Of a stretch of 64,000 nucleotides of DNA, positions 24,839-37,723 are shown in pieces. The notes under the pieces were generated by a model. That model did not search any database and was not told the origin of the DNA. It saw only the letters and a list, made by a program, of their open reading frames with translations. This DNA comes from Chiloscyllium plagiosum (Eukaryota): the NCBI RefSeq assembly GCF_004010195.1, contig NC_057719.1:10974507-11038506 (forward strand). The letters run 5' to 3'. Positions within the stretch are counted from its first letter, which is position 1, and each line of letters begins with the position of its first letter. A program made the position numbers and the translations under genes.

Positions 24839-25261
24839 GAGTGAAGATGTACATGTTTGTAATGTGCATCTCTGTGAATAAATGGTCATGAAAATATGTA
24901 GACATTGGCTCCAGTTCTCTCCTATACTATTCAGCTTTCTCTAATACATCACACACGTACACTTTCCCAGCTTCTTGTAGCACTGAATATGTCATCACCT
25001 GTACCAAAAGCCCATCATCACCAGAGTTCCAGTCCCAGCATTTCAAAACCTGTTACCATCATCCCCATGTAGCCCCCCCTCAGACTTCCTGTTCTATAAC
25101 TTCTCAGTCCAAGGTGCCGAACAAGAGTTGGGATTCCCAAACCTTGGGCTGTGACCCCAGTGAAGTTACGAGCTCCAAGCTAACAATGACTGTCTTGATA
25201 CCTCAGACTGAACATTAACAGCTGCAAGGTCCCTTTAAATCCAAATGTTTTTTTCTTGGAG

Positions 25262-25562
25262 TGGCCTGGTGGCTCAGTGGTTAGCACACCTGCCGCACAG
25301 CACCAGAGACCTGGGTTCAATTCCACCCTTGGGTGACTGTGTGGAGTTTGCATATTCTCCCTGTGTCTACTTGGGTTTCTTTGGCTGCTCCAGTTTCCTC
25401 CCATAGTCCAAAGATGTGCAGGTTAGGTGGATTAGTCATGGGAAATGCAGAGTTACAGGGATAAGTGTGGGCATAGTTCTGGATGGGATGCGCTTCAGAG
25501 GGTCAGTGTGGACTCGATGGGCTGAATGGCCTACTTCGACACTGTAGGGATTCTTTTATTCT
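25262..25562 (+). mobile_element. HE1-type V-SINE
   Basis: tRNA-like head, V-domain and CR1-like tail. Confidence 0.85.
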
Positions 25563-25669
25563 ATAATGGTCAGAGCTTTGTGACCTGATTACTGTTGCAA
25601 AAAGTGTCCACAGACCCCGAAATAAGTAGGGCAGGTAGGAAAGGTGGTTAAAAACTTCCCTCATTATCC

Positions 25670-26232
25670 GACGTACAGAATACAAAACCAGGGAACTGTA
25701 TAAAATGCTGGCTAGGCCACAGTTTTGGTCACGTTATAGGAAGGATGTGATTACACAAGCGCGGGTGCAGAGGAGATTCACCAGGATGCTGCCTGCACTG
25801 AAGGGCACTGCCTGGAGGGTCCGAGCCCTGAAGTAAGATTGGAGAGCCAGGAGTTGTATTGTTGGTTGAGAAAGGATCTGGTAGAGGTGTAGCAGATTCT
25901 GAGGGGCTTGGACAGGGTGGGTAGGAAAGTACGTTTTCAACCAGCAGAGTGGTCAATAACCTGGGGCAAAGATTTAAGGTCAGTGGTAGATGACTAACAA
26001 GGACAGTCAGAAGAAATGTTTTCACCCAGAAGGTGGTGGGTGTCCAGAACCCACTGCTTGAAAGTGTGTTTGAAGCAACACTCTCAAAACATTCAAGCCA
26101 TATTTAGATATAGACTTGTGTCTCCATAGTCTCTAGGGCAATGGGATTTGTGTTGTTAGATCTTTGTTGACTACAGTGAAAATGATGGGTCAAATGGCCT
26201 CATTCTATGCTGCAAACACCAATGAATCTATG
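25670..26232 (+). mobile_element. Old CR1 3' fragment
   Basis: gggtgcagaggagattcaccaggatgctgcctg...ttttcacccagaaggtggtggg. Confidence 0.7.
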
Positions 26233-27093
26233 AGTGAGAAGATAGGTATGCATTTTGTTTCAAATTCCCAAAATGGTGAGCTTCTTCCATTCCCCACACC
26301 CTCACCTGAACTTAGCTCTCCCTGTTTCCAAGGCATTAGAATGGAGACAACAGGGAATGTTTTGAGACGCACTAAACCAGTGTGTTACTAAACACACTGA
26401 GCCATGAAATGGGGTGCTGGGATAAGTGATCAAAGATTTAGATTTAAATCAGCAATATAAAGAAGACAAATCTTAGGGACTGGGCAGCTCATGGAAATTG
26501 GTGATGCACCAGGCTGAAATGGAAGAGTGCAGAGATGCTAGACGGCGGTGGGGCAGTATCGGGTGTCGAGATCATCATGGGTTCGGCCACTGAATGGTTT
26601 AAGAACATGGATGAGAATTTTAAAAGTTGAGGTGCTGTTATACCAGGGCCAAATATAGTCTGTGAGAATAGTGGGAGGATAAGTTAACTTGTGGTGTAAT
26701 GGCCTTTGACTCAGATGCAATACCAGTAAGAATAATTTTCAATTAGTGCAAAAGCTTTGGTGAACTAATTTCTTTTTCAAAGTTTGTTTAGAAAACCAAT
26801 ATTGTATCACTCACAAAGGGAGCAATTACATTTTTTTCGAGAAACAAGAAACACTAATCCATGTGATCTGGCAAACCTTAACCTGGAAGCAGTACCAACA
26901 GGAAGTTAAAATAAGGAGGTTGTGTGGCAGAAAGACAAAAAGGGAGGAGCTGGTCAGCAAGTCCAGTTAGAGAGCTGGAGTCTAAAGGGTTATAAAGCCT
27001 GTGTCAGACTGCTGCTACTGTTTGGTTTACTTTTGAGAGGTTGAAGCTTCAGAATTAGCAATACCATGTTAAGGTTAAGGTAGTTTTGCTAGA

Positions 27094-27266
27094 GCTGGAA
27101 ATGTGTTGCTGGAAAAGCGCAGCAGGTCAGGCAGCATCCAGGAATAAGGGCTTATGCCCGAAACGTCGATTCTCCTGTTCCCTGGATGCTGCCTGACCTG
27201 CTGCGCTTTTCCAGCAACATATTTCCAGCTCTGATCTCCAGCATCTGCAGACCTCACTTTCTCCTC
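27094..27266 (+). mobile_element. PLE-derived fold-back mini-element with partial hammerhead, 14-bp TSD
   Basis: GTAGTTTTGCTAGA at 27080-27093 and 27267-27280. ~50-bp inverted arms surround aagggcttatgcccgaaacgtcgatt. Confidence 0.85.
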
Positions 27267-27629
27267 GTAGTTTTGCTAGATACTGGCCACTGTGACCAAA
27301 GGGAGCTAAGGGTTGAGAGGATCAGAAATAAGTGTGGAAGACTGCAAAGATATAATCTGTTCCCATAGACACTACAGCCTGCGGAGAATTGGCAACATCC
27401 TTGAAGGAGTCGGGCAGGAATTCTGTTTGTGGGTGATCCAAGCTTGGAAGGACAGTGTGACTGAAATTAATGCTGTATCGTGGAGTGGGCTTCTGAGAAG
27501 ATCTGCAAGATCCATTAGTTGTTCCATGCAATTTGAAGTTATGCCAACTACAATTTGCCTGTTTACTTATACTTCATTTACATTGATTCTGATTAAGCTG
27601 AAAGTACAAATTAACTTAAGCAAAATTCC

Positions 27630-27915
27630 AAAGAATCCCCATCGTGTAGAAGCCAGCCATTCGGCCAAACAAGTCCACACTGACCCTCCGAAAAGGATAC
27701 CACTCTATCCTTGTAACCCTGCATTTCCCATGGCGAATCCACCTGACCTGCACATCTTTGGACTGTGGGAGGAAATCGGAGCACCTGGAGGAAACCCACA
27801 CAGACACGGGGAGAATGTGCAAACTCCACACAGACTGTCACCCGAGGCTGGAATCAAACCCAGGTCCCTGATGCTGTGAGACAGCAGTGCTAACCACTGA
27901 GCCACCGTGCTGCCC
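27630..27915 (-). mobile_element. HE1-type V-SINE
   Basis: Minus strand reads GGGCAGCACGGTGGCTCAGTGGTTAGCACTGCTG. Confidence 0.85.
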
Positions 27916-29744
27916 ATCTTGTTTGGTCATTTCTTCATTTGGGGGTGTTTGGTAAATTTGATTCTTTTGGATCATGGATCCCTATCCAGAACAAGAAGAA
28001 GCAGTGTTTTGTATAAGCTAAAGATAAAGATGGGAGGGAGGGAGACCGGGAAAGTACTGAATTAGAATGAGTCTGGATGAGACGACAAAGACATTTAATA
28101 AGCATTTACCAACAATAGCTGGCGAGGAGATAACTGCCCTTGTGCAATTTGGATAGTACTGAGGGAGGGAAAACTACAAAGCAATTCAAAGGAAAGTTCA
28201 AAGAACTGAAATCCACCAAATCTGTTGCATTCAATGTCTATTGTACTGCCATAAATAGCTCTTGTCACAGCAGGTCTGTCAGAATCTGAAAGGTAGGTGA
28301 AACCTCCACAACCAATACATTGACAGATTTACTGCGTACTTTCAGTATCTATAACTGTCCCAGAATTAGTGAGATTGTTTTTTTCCACTTGTCTGGAGAT
28401 TAGGCACAGCCCCAAACTGTGGACAATCAGTCAGTGCAGAAGTGCAGCGGAAGGGGAGACCCATGTAAACTAAATTCACAACAGCAGACACAATAACTGC
28501 TTGGTAATGCTGTATCTGTCCTGGCCAGTCAACTGGCAAAAGTAGACACGATTGCAACAGAATGGTCAGGCAGACTCAACACATTGATTTTGCTGTTGAA
28601 GCTATTTTAAAAGGCATTGGATGCTACAGGACCATGCAGTATCTGTAAACTCACTTCAGAATCCAATCTGTACTTTGCGCCTCACTCTAGTCAAATAGAT
28701 ATTGGCAATTTTCTAAACAGTGAGTACTCCTTGAGGCACTCATCTTCCAGTTTTATGCTTGTCTTTTCCATTCCTATATTCCTAGCTGTTGCCTTTCATG
28801 TTCCCACTCTATTCCTCTCTCTGCCTTTGCACCTTGTGCACAGTGCACATATAGTCTATAGTTTATGTAATTTCGTCATTGTTTTCAGATCCTTGCATGG
28901 CCTCATCCTCATCCCTTGATATACCCATAATCTTACAATTCCCAGCTGTTTAGCCCGAGACTCCTTCAATGCTGGCTACTTATTTGTCAAGCGCTATTAC
29001 AGACCTTTATTTCAGCTGACTAAATCTAAATTCTGAAATTCACTCCATAATCCTCTTCATTTTTCAGATATTCCTGAAGTGGCACTCCACTTGACTTGTG
29101 TCTCTGGGGTCAAAATGTTGGTTCCTTTCTCTAATTTCTCTCTATGTGATGAGTTGTCAAATAGTCTTTGATAACACTCCTGTGAAGCATTTAACAATGT
29201 TAAACAAGCTACAGAATTTCAGGTTCATGCCACTGAATGTCTTTGCAAAGCAACATTACAAAAGGCCTACCCGCCACCACAAGTGAAAGATTCCCCACTG
29301 CGATATTTGTAAAAAGAGCAAGTGAGTTATTCCTAGTGGCCCAGTCAATATTTATCCCTCATTCAACATCAGAAATACAAATTATCTGATCATTGCAGCA
29401 TTGCTGTTTGTAGAACTTGTCAAACGCAATCTGCATGTTACATTTCCAACAGCAGTACAATTCAAAAACATTTCATTGGATATAAAATGCTTTGGGATAT
29501 CCAGTACTCGTGAAATGGTGCTTTATGAACTGTGTTGCAAGTGCAGTGTGTATGTATATATATAGGATACATAAATATCCTTTACGTTAGATTTTGGAAT
29601 TTCAACTGGTGGCATGTAAGTGTTCTGTGTTTGTGAAGAGGTTTAATGATTAACTGTAAATATTTCTCTAGACACTATGATTTCTTTTGAACTTCTGTCA
29701 GGGATAAAAACTTGCTGGAGAGTAATGGACTTTATGGAGGATTT

Positions 29745-30043
29745 CATAGAATCAGTGTGGAAATAGGCCCTTTGGCCCAATACGTCCACACCAACCCTCT
29801 GAAGACCCTCCCACCCAAACCCATTCCTCTACATTTATTGCTGACTAATGCACCTAACCTACATACCCCTGAGCACTATGGGCAATTTAGTATGGCCAAT
29901 TCACCTAATCAACACATCTTTGGATTGTGGGAAGAAACCAGAGCACCCGGAGGAAATCCACACAGAAAGTCGACCAAGGCTGGAATCGAACCTGGGTCCC
30001 TGGCACTGTGAGGCAGCAGTGCTAACCACTGAGCCACCATGCT
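29745..30043 (-). mobile_element. HE1-type V-SINE
   Basis: Minus-strand head with B box GGTTCGATTCC. Confidence 0.85.
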
Positions 30044-30289
30044 GAACTTTAGTTCCCATTAGGTGAATTTCCTGAGCAGGGTTAAAAAGTTAAGCATCAA
30101 GTTTAAAATAGAAGGATCCAGAAAGGATTTTTTTTATAGGGAAAAAAAGCCATAGGTTCAAGAGAGCCATTTTGGATTCAGTTTGCAGCGGTCTTGGCTG
30201 AAGCTGCAAAAGATGGTTTCTCCTCAAGAACAGAGATGGTTTAGAACTGGTGAGGAATATGTTATGTTAATGTAAGGAGTCAGATGAAC

Positions 30290-32460
30290 GTTCCAGACCA
30301 GAAGACAGAAAAACATATTTGACCTCATCCTTACCAATTTGCTGGCTGCAGATGCATCTGTCCATAATCTGTCCGTGATAGTATCGGTAAGAAGAACCAC
30401 CACACAGTTCTTGTGGAGACAAATTCTCATCTTCACAGCGAGAGTAGCCTTGGTCGTGTTACATGGCACTATCGCCGTGCTAAATGAGACAGACTTTGAA
30501 CAGATCTAGCAACTCCAGATTGTGCATCCGCGAGGAACAGTGGGTTATCAATAACAACAGAATTGTACTCCAACACAAATGCAAACTCATAACATATCCC
30601 CTACTCAACCACTACCATAAAACCAGGGAACAAATCCTGGTTCAATGGAGGGTATAGGAGAGCATGCCAGGAGCAGCACCAGGAATACCTACAAGTGAGG
30701 CGTCAACCTGGTGAAGCATAAGCAGCCTGTGATAAGCAGAGCTAAGAGAGCGCACAACCAACGAATCAGAGCTAAGCTCTGCAGTCCTGCCACATCCATC
30801 ATGAATTAAACAACTGACTAGAGAAGAAAGCTCCAAAAATATCCCTCCTCAATAGCGGAAAAGCCCATAACATCAGTAAGATAAGGCTGAAGTATTTACT
30901 GCAATCTTCAGCCAGAAGTGCCAAGTGGATGATTCATTTCAGCCTCCTCCCATGGTCCCCAACATCACAAATACCAACCTTCAGCCAATTTGAATCACTC
31001 CATGTAATATCAAGAAATGTTTGGAGACACCAGATATTGTAAAGGTTATGGGCTTTCACAACATTCCAGTAATAGTTCTAAAGACCTGTGCTCCAGAACT
31101 TACTGCTCCCCTTGCGCAGCTCTTCCAGTACAGTTACAACACTGGCATCTAGTTGACAATGTGCAAAATTGCTCAAGTATGTTCTGCACACAAAAAGCAG
31201 AACAAATGCAACCTAACCAATTACCACCCCATCAGTCTACTCCAGATCATCAGTAAAGTGATGGAAGGGGTCATCAACAGTGCTATCCAGCAGCACCTGC
31301 TCAGCAATATCCTGCTCAGTGATGCTCAGTTTGGGTTCCACCAGGGCCACTCAGCTCCTGAATTCATTACAGCCTTGGTTCAAACATGGACAAAAGAGCT
31401 GAATTCCAGAGGTGAAGTGAGACAGCCCTTGACATCAAGGCTGTATTTGACCAAGTGGCATTAAGGAACCCTAGCAAAACTGGAATCATTGGGTATTGGG
31501 GCAAACTCTCCACTGGTTGGAGTCACACCTGGAACATAGGAAGATGGTTTAGTTGTTGGAGGTCAGTCATCTCAGCTCCAGAATATCCCTGCAGGATATT
31601 CCTCAGGATAGTGCCCAAAGGCCAGCTGCTTCATTAATGACCTTCCCTCCATCATAAAGTCAAAAGTGGGGATGTTCACCGATGATGCACAATGTTCAGA
31701 ACCATTCGCCACTCAGATACTGAAGCAGTCCATGTTGAAATGCAAAAGATCTGAACAATATCCAAGCTGCATTGACAAGTGGCAAATAACATTCATTCCA
31801 CACAAATGCCAGACAATAACCATCTCCAATAAGAGACAATCTAACCACCAACTGGACTCGCTAAATAAACACAGTATGTACAAGAGCAGGTCAGAGGCTA
31901 GGAATACTCCAGTGAGGAACTCACCTCCTGACTCCCCAAATCTGTCCACCATCTACTAGGCACAAGACAGGAGAGGGATGGAATACTCCCCATTTGCCTG
32001 GATGAGTGCAGCTCCAACAACACTCAAAAAGTTTGACACCATCCAGGATAAAGCAGCCCCCTTGATTACCACCACACCACATTCCCTCCATCACCAATAC
32101 TTATTAGCAGCAGTGTGTACTATCTCAAAGATGCACTGCAGAAATTCACCAGAGATCCTTAGACAGTATCTTCCAAAGCCATGACCACTTCCATCTCGAA
32201 GAACAAGAGCAGCAGATACACGGGAACATGACCACCTCCTGCAAGTTCCCCTCCAAACCATTCACCATCCTGATTTGGAAACATATCGCCGTTCTTTTAC
32301 TGTTATTGGGGTCAAAATCCTAGAATTCCCTTCCTAAAGGCATTGTGGGTCAACTTGCAGCACATGAACTGCAGCAGTTCCAAGAAGGCAGTTCAGCACC
32401 ACCTTCTCAAGGGGCAAATAGGGCTGGCAGCTGGCCAGCCCAGTGACGTCCACATCCCCA
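30290..32460 (+). mobile_element. Decayed CR1/L2-group LINE (EN end, RT, 3' UTR)
   Basis: NIFDLILTN; NYHPISLLQIISKVMEGVIN...LSDAQFGFHQGHS; GMFTDD; MEYSPFAWMSAAPTTLKKFDTIQDKAA. Confidence 0.85.
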
Positions 32461-32887
32461 AAACACATTCAAAATAAATGTTTGGTTTATATTCTGAAGA
32501 GTTATTTGAAGCTGAGAAAGTCTAAGCTCAAGTATAAAGTCTCTGAGCAAAAGGCTTTGAGACTCTCAAGACCAGGAACTAAAGCCAGAGTTAGGTCATG
32601 CCTATAAATGTGTTAGAGAAGGGAAATCTCTCTGAATGTCATAAAGGAATACCATTGAGGTTATTGAAATTGCATTTTTACTGTTTCTAAATCTTTAAAC
32701 TTGAGTTATGTGTAAATAGTCTACATTATTCTATTTTTCTTTATTTCTTCTTGTAATAAACCTCTGACTTATTGTTAAAATGAAAATTTTGCGTATTTGT
32801 GATTCATTCAAAAGTTATCTCATTAAAACCAAAACAAAACCGAATATGATCTGTCAAGCCAGGTTTCAGTTTGGGATCTAATTTGAC

Positions 32888-34474
32888 AGCACAGTGGCTC
32901 TGTGGTTAGCTCAGCTGCCTTAAAGCGCCAGGGATCTGGGTTCAATTCCAATCTCAGGCAACTGTCTGTGTGAAACTTACACATTCTCCCTGTATCTGTG
33001 TGGGTTTCTACCAGGTGCTTCAACTTCCTCTCACAGTCTAAAATAGGTGGATTGTCCATAGTGTTCAAGGATGTGTAGATTGGGTGCATTATCTCCGGGA
33101 AATGCAGGGTTACTGGAATGGGAGAATGGGTCTGGGTTGGATGTTCTTTGGAGGGTCAGTGTAGACATAGAGTCATAGAGATGTACAGCACGGAAATGGA
33201 CCCTTAGGTCCAACTCGTCCATGCCAACCAGATATCCCAACCCAATCCCTTTTGCCAGCACATGGTCCATATCCCTCAAAACCCTTCCTATTCATATACC
33301 CATGCAGATGCCTTTTAAATGTTGCAATTGTACCAGGCTCCACCACTTCCTCAGGCAGCTCATTTCATACATACACCACCCTCTGCATGAAAAAATTGCC
33401 CCTGAGGTCTCTTTTATGTCTTTCCTCTCTCACCCTAAACCTATGTGCACCAGTTCTAGACATCCCCACCCCAGGGAAAAGACCTTGCCTGCCCCTCATG
33501 ATTTTATAAACCTTTAACAAGGTCATCTCTCAGCCACCAATGCTCCCGTGAAAACAGCCCCACCTATTCAGCCTCTCCTTATAGCTCAAATCCTCCGACC
33601 CTGGCAATATCCTTGTAAATCTTTTCTGAACCCTTTCAAGTTTCACAACATCCTTCTGATAGGAAGGAGACCAGAATTGCATGCAGTATTTCAAAAGTGG
33701 CCTAACCAATGTCCTGTACAGCTGCAACATGACCTCTCAACTCTGATACTCAATGCTTTGACCAATAAAGGAAAGCATACCTTGTCAAACACCTTACTGA
33801 AGTCCATATAGTTCATGTCTACCACTCTGTCCTCATCAATCCTCAAAAAACTCAATCAAGTATGTGAGACATGATTTCCCACGCACAAAGCCATGTTGAC
33901 TATCCCTAATCAGTCCTTGACTTCCCAAATACATGCAAATCCTATCCCTCAGGATTCCATCCAACAACATGCCACCACCGATATCAGGCTCACTGGTCAA
34001 TAGTTCCCTGGCTTTTTCTTACCACCCTTCTTAAACAGTGGCGCCACATTAGTCAATCTCCAGTCTTCCGGCACCTCATCTGTGACTATCTATGATACAA
34101 AATCTCAGCAAGAGGCCCAGCAATCACTTCGCTAGCTTCCCACAGAGTTCTAGGGTACACCAGATCAGGTCCTGGCGATTTATCCACCTTTATGCGTTTC
34201 AAGACATCCAGCACTTCCTTCTCTGTAATCTGGACCTTTTGCAAGATGTCATCATCTATTTCCCTACAGTCTATATCTCCCATGTCTTTTTCCACAGTAA
34301 ATACTGATGTAAAATACCCTTTTAGTATCTCTCCCATTTTCTGCGGCTCCACACAAAGGACGCCTTGCTGATTTTTGAGGACCCTATTCTCTCCCTAGTT
34401 ACCCTTTTGTCCTTAATGTATTTATAAAATTGTTGGCCGAATGGCCTGATTCTGCACTGTGGGATTCTATGATT
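32888..34474 (+). mobile_element. HE1-type V-SINE split by a CR1 insertion (SINE parts 32888-33165 and ~34430-34474)
   Basis: The SINE runs to ggagggtcagtgtagac and resumes at tgttggccgaatggcctg...ggattctatgatt. Confidence 0.75.
33166..34429 (-). mobile_element. CR1 with an internal deletion at ~33782
   Basis: ORFs 34086-34352 (DKSPGPDLVYPRTLWEA) and 33530-33730 (LYRTLVRPLLKYCMQFWSP). The RT core present at 46100-46610 is missing here. Confidence 0.85.
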
Positions 34475-34559
34475 AGCCAGTAACAACATCAGCTGGGGTT
34501 ATAACAAAATGCAAAGTTTTCTTTCTTTCTCGCTTAATGCTTATATCAGTTTTTTTTAT

Positions 34560-37170
34560 TCTTTCATGGGATACGGGCATCACTTACTCGGCCAATATTC
34601 CTAATTGCGCTTGGCAAGGTGGTAATGAGCCACCTTCTTATTTACTGCTGTTCAGATGGTACAGGCTCCACACATAGTGCTGTTAGGGAGCAAGTTTCAG
34701 AATTCTGATGCAGTGTTATGCTGAAGAAACAATATACTTCTAAGTAAAGACGGTACAAGTCTTAAAGGGGAGCCTACAGGTTGAGGCATTTCTATGTGTC
34801 TGCTGCCCTTGTGCTATTGAGCGGTAGAGCTCATGGGTTTGGCTCCAGTGCAACAGTGCCCCTCTTGATAAAACACACTGTTCAAACTGTGCACAGGTAG
34901 TGCAGACAGCAAATATTTAAGTCTGTGTTTGGCATACTGATCAAGTGAACTGCGATTGAATATCAAAGGATACTGATTATATCCAGGCTTGTTGGAGATA
35001 GTCATTGCCTGGTGCTTGTGTGGTGCAAATGTTACTTACTACTTATTAGCCCAGGCCTGGATATTGTCCAGGTCTTACTGGAATTTGAACATGGCCTGCT
35101 TCAGTATTAGAGGAGTTGTGAATGAAACTAACCAGGGTAGTATCATCAGCAAATATCATCACTTCTGACCTTATGATGGAGAGAAGATCATTGATGAAGG
35201 AGATGAAGATGGTTGAATTCAGGACACTGGAGTTGAAAAGGGTGGCGCTGGAAAAGCATGCCAGGTCAGGCAGCATTGAAAGAGCAGGAGAGTCAATGTT
35301 TTGGACATCAGGACTTCATCGGGAATGTGGAGGTGGAGGGGAAATAAGAGATAAATTGGGAGGGGGTAGGGGGCGGGAGTAGGCCGGAAGGTGCTATGTG
35401 GATAGGTGGGATTGTGATAGGTCAGTAGGGAGGATGGACCGGATAGCTGGTAAGGAGGATGTACAGGTAGGACAGTTCAACAAGGTGGTGTCGAGCTGAA
35501 AGGGTGTGTAACTGGGATGAGGTGGGTGGGGGTGTGAGGGGGAATGATTTGGAAACTAATGAAGTCGATGTTGATGCCATGTGGTTGAAGGGTTCCATGG
35601 TGGAAGATGAGGCATTCTTCCTCCAGTTGGCAGGTGGCTTGTATCTGGTGGTGAAGGCGGCCCGGGACGTGCATATCCTTGGGGATATCTGGTTAGCATG
35701 GACGAGTTGGACTGAAGGGTCTGTTTCTGTGCTCTCTATGACTCTATGAGTGGGAGGGGGAGTTGAAGTGGTTGACCACAGAGTGGTGGGGTTGTTTGGT
35801 GCAGGTGCTCAGGACACTATCCTGAGAAACTGTTACTGTGATGACCTGGGAGTAAGATGATTGGCCTACCACAACTACAACCATTTACCTTTGTGCCAAG
35901 TTTTCCCAGAGTTTTCAGCAGAGACCTTCTCCCGACCAATTCCCATTGATTACAGTTTTGCTTGAGCTCCCCGGCGCCACACTCAGCCAAATGCTGCCAT
36001 AACATTAAAGGCAGCCACTCTCACGTGACCTCTGGAGGTCAGTTCCTTTGTCCATTTTTGAACCAAGGCAGTTATGAAATTAGGAGCCATGATGGCATGG
36101 TGGAACCCAAACTGAGTATCAGTGAGCAGGTTACTGTAAGTCAGCTTTTCCATCGCTTTGCTGATGATTGAGAGGAAACTAATGTGGCAGTAATTGGCCA
36201 GGTTGGATTTGTCCCGCTTTCTTTCAAGCAGGCATACTGGGCAATGTTCCACATTGTTGGATAGATGTGAGTGTTGTAACAGTACTGGAAGAGCTTGGCG
36301 CGGGAAGCAGTAAGTTCTGGAGCACAGATCTTCAGTGCTATTGCGGGAATGTTATCAGAGTCTGTAGCCTTTTTAGTGTTTAGTGCCTTCAGAAACATAG
36401 AAAACAGCAGCAGGAGTAGACCATTCAGCCCTTACAACCTGCTCTGCCATTCAATATGGTAATGCTTAAGCATCCAGCTCAGTCCCCTGTTCCTCATACC
36501 TTTCAATCCCTTTAGTCCTGATAAATATTTCACATTCTTTCTAGAAAACATTCAATGCTTTGGCCTCAACCACTTTCAGTGTTAGAGAATTCTACAGTTT
36601 TGGGGTGAAGAAATTCCTCTTCATCTCAGTCCTAAATGGCCTAGCTCTTACATTTAGACTGTGACTGCTGGATCTGGATACCCTTGAGATTGCAAGGATG
36701 TGAATCAAACTGGCTAAAGTCTGGCATTAGTGATGCTGGGAGCCTCAAAAGGAGGCCGAGGTAGGTCATCCATTTGGTACTTCTAGTTAAATATGGCTAC
36801 AAATGAGATCGCTTAACCCTGCTTATTGCATGCTGTTTTAAATAGTTTGGCACCCAAGTAGACCTTGTTGTAGGTTTATCGGCACTCCACCTTTATCTAA
36901 ACCTGGTGCTGCTCTAGGCATGCCTTTCTGCACTCTACGGAACCATGGTTCATCCCTTAGCTTGATGGTAAATGGCATAATGGGGTCTATGCTAAGCCAG
37001 AGATTACAGCTTGTGGTTGAGTACAATTCTGAAACTATTGTTGGCCCACGTGAACCTCAAGGACACCCTAGTTCCATTCAGCACAGAGGTATGGTGCAAC
37101 ACAAATGTGATAGGGTACGTCCAGTGTGAAGATGACACATTGTCTTCACAAGGAGCATGATGGTTGCTCA
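34560..37170 (-). mobile_element. Decayed CR1/L2-group LINE, same family as 30290-32460, with nested insertions
   Basis: FINDLLSIIRSEVMIFADDTT; LTDTQFGFH; KKATDSDNIPAIALKICAPEL. A nested CR1 tail sits at ~36395-36690. Confidence 0.8.
35229..35808 (-). mobile_element. PLE 3' fragment (GIY-YIG C-terminus plus terminus), 10-bp TSD, containing a short CR1 tail (~35681-35747)
   Basis: QLEEECLIFHHGTLQPHGINIDF. TCAGGACACT at 35219-35228 and 35809-35818. Confidence 0.8.
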
Positions 37171-37573
37171 TATCTATATTGTTCTGCACACTGAGCTACA
37201 TAAGGAGAAAAAACTTTATAAAAGAGAGATGTATTCTGGAGATCTGAAGCTGGGTCACTGAACCTGAAATGCCACCTCTGCTTTCTCTCCACAGATGCTG
37301 CCAGATCAGGTAGGCTTTTTCTAGCAATTTCTGTTTTTGTTAAGGAGTGCCTTAAAAGAGTAAAATGAAATAAAGGGGAGCAGAGATTTTAGGGAGCAAA
37401 CTCAAGAAGTTAGGATCCAAGCAAGCAGAGGCATGGTTACCAATGATGGTCGAACGAAAACCTCCTGAATGATGCATTCAGATTTTCATGTAGGACTTGA
37501 GCCCACAGCCTTCTAACATCAGCCATATCTCGCCTGGCAACACAGAAAAACACCCAACAGATTCGAAGCTTAC

Positions 37574-37723
37574 CTGATACAATCCATGATCCAGCAGAAC
37601 AATTTCAGTTTTGTTGGTTTGAGTGGACTTTCTGACCAACACATTGCCAGGATGTGGGTCACAATGCACAAAGCCATTTACAAAGATCATTTCGCTGTAC
37701 ATCTTCCCCAGACTTTGAGAAAT
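37574..37723 (-). CDS. ADCK1: ADCK1 (aarF domain-containing kinase 1) internal coding exon, 150 nt, phase 0/0, catalytic loop and DHG motif
   Basis: Translates to ISQSLGKMYSEMIFVNGFVHCDPHPGNVLVRKSTQTNKTEIVLLDHGLYQ, which I recognise as the vertebrate ADCK1 kinase-core segment. Minus-strand acceptor is ttttctatattgcag and donor is CAG|gtaagc. Confidence 0.95.

Larger units (their letters stand above)
4339..37573 (-). other. ADCK1: ADCK1 intron, 33,235 bp, GT-AG
   Basis: Lies between the two in-frame exons, with canonical GT at 37573-37572 and AG at 4340-4339. The protein is contiguous across the junction. Confidence 0.88.
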
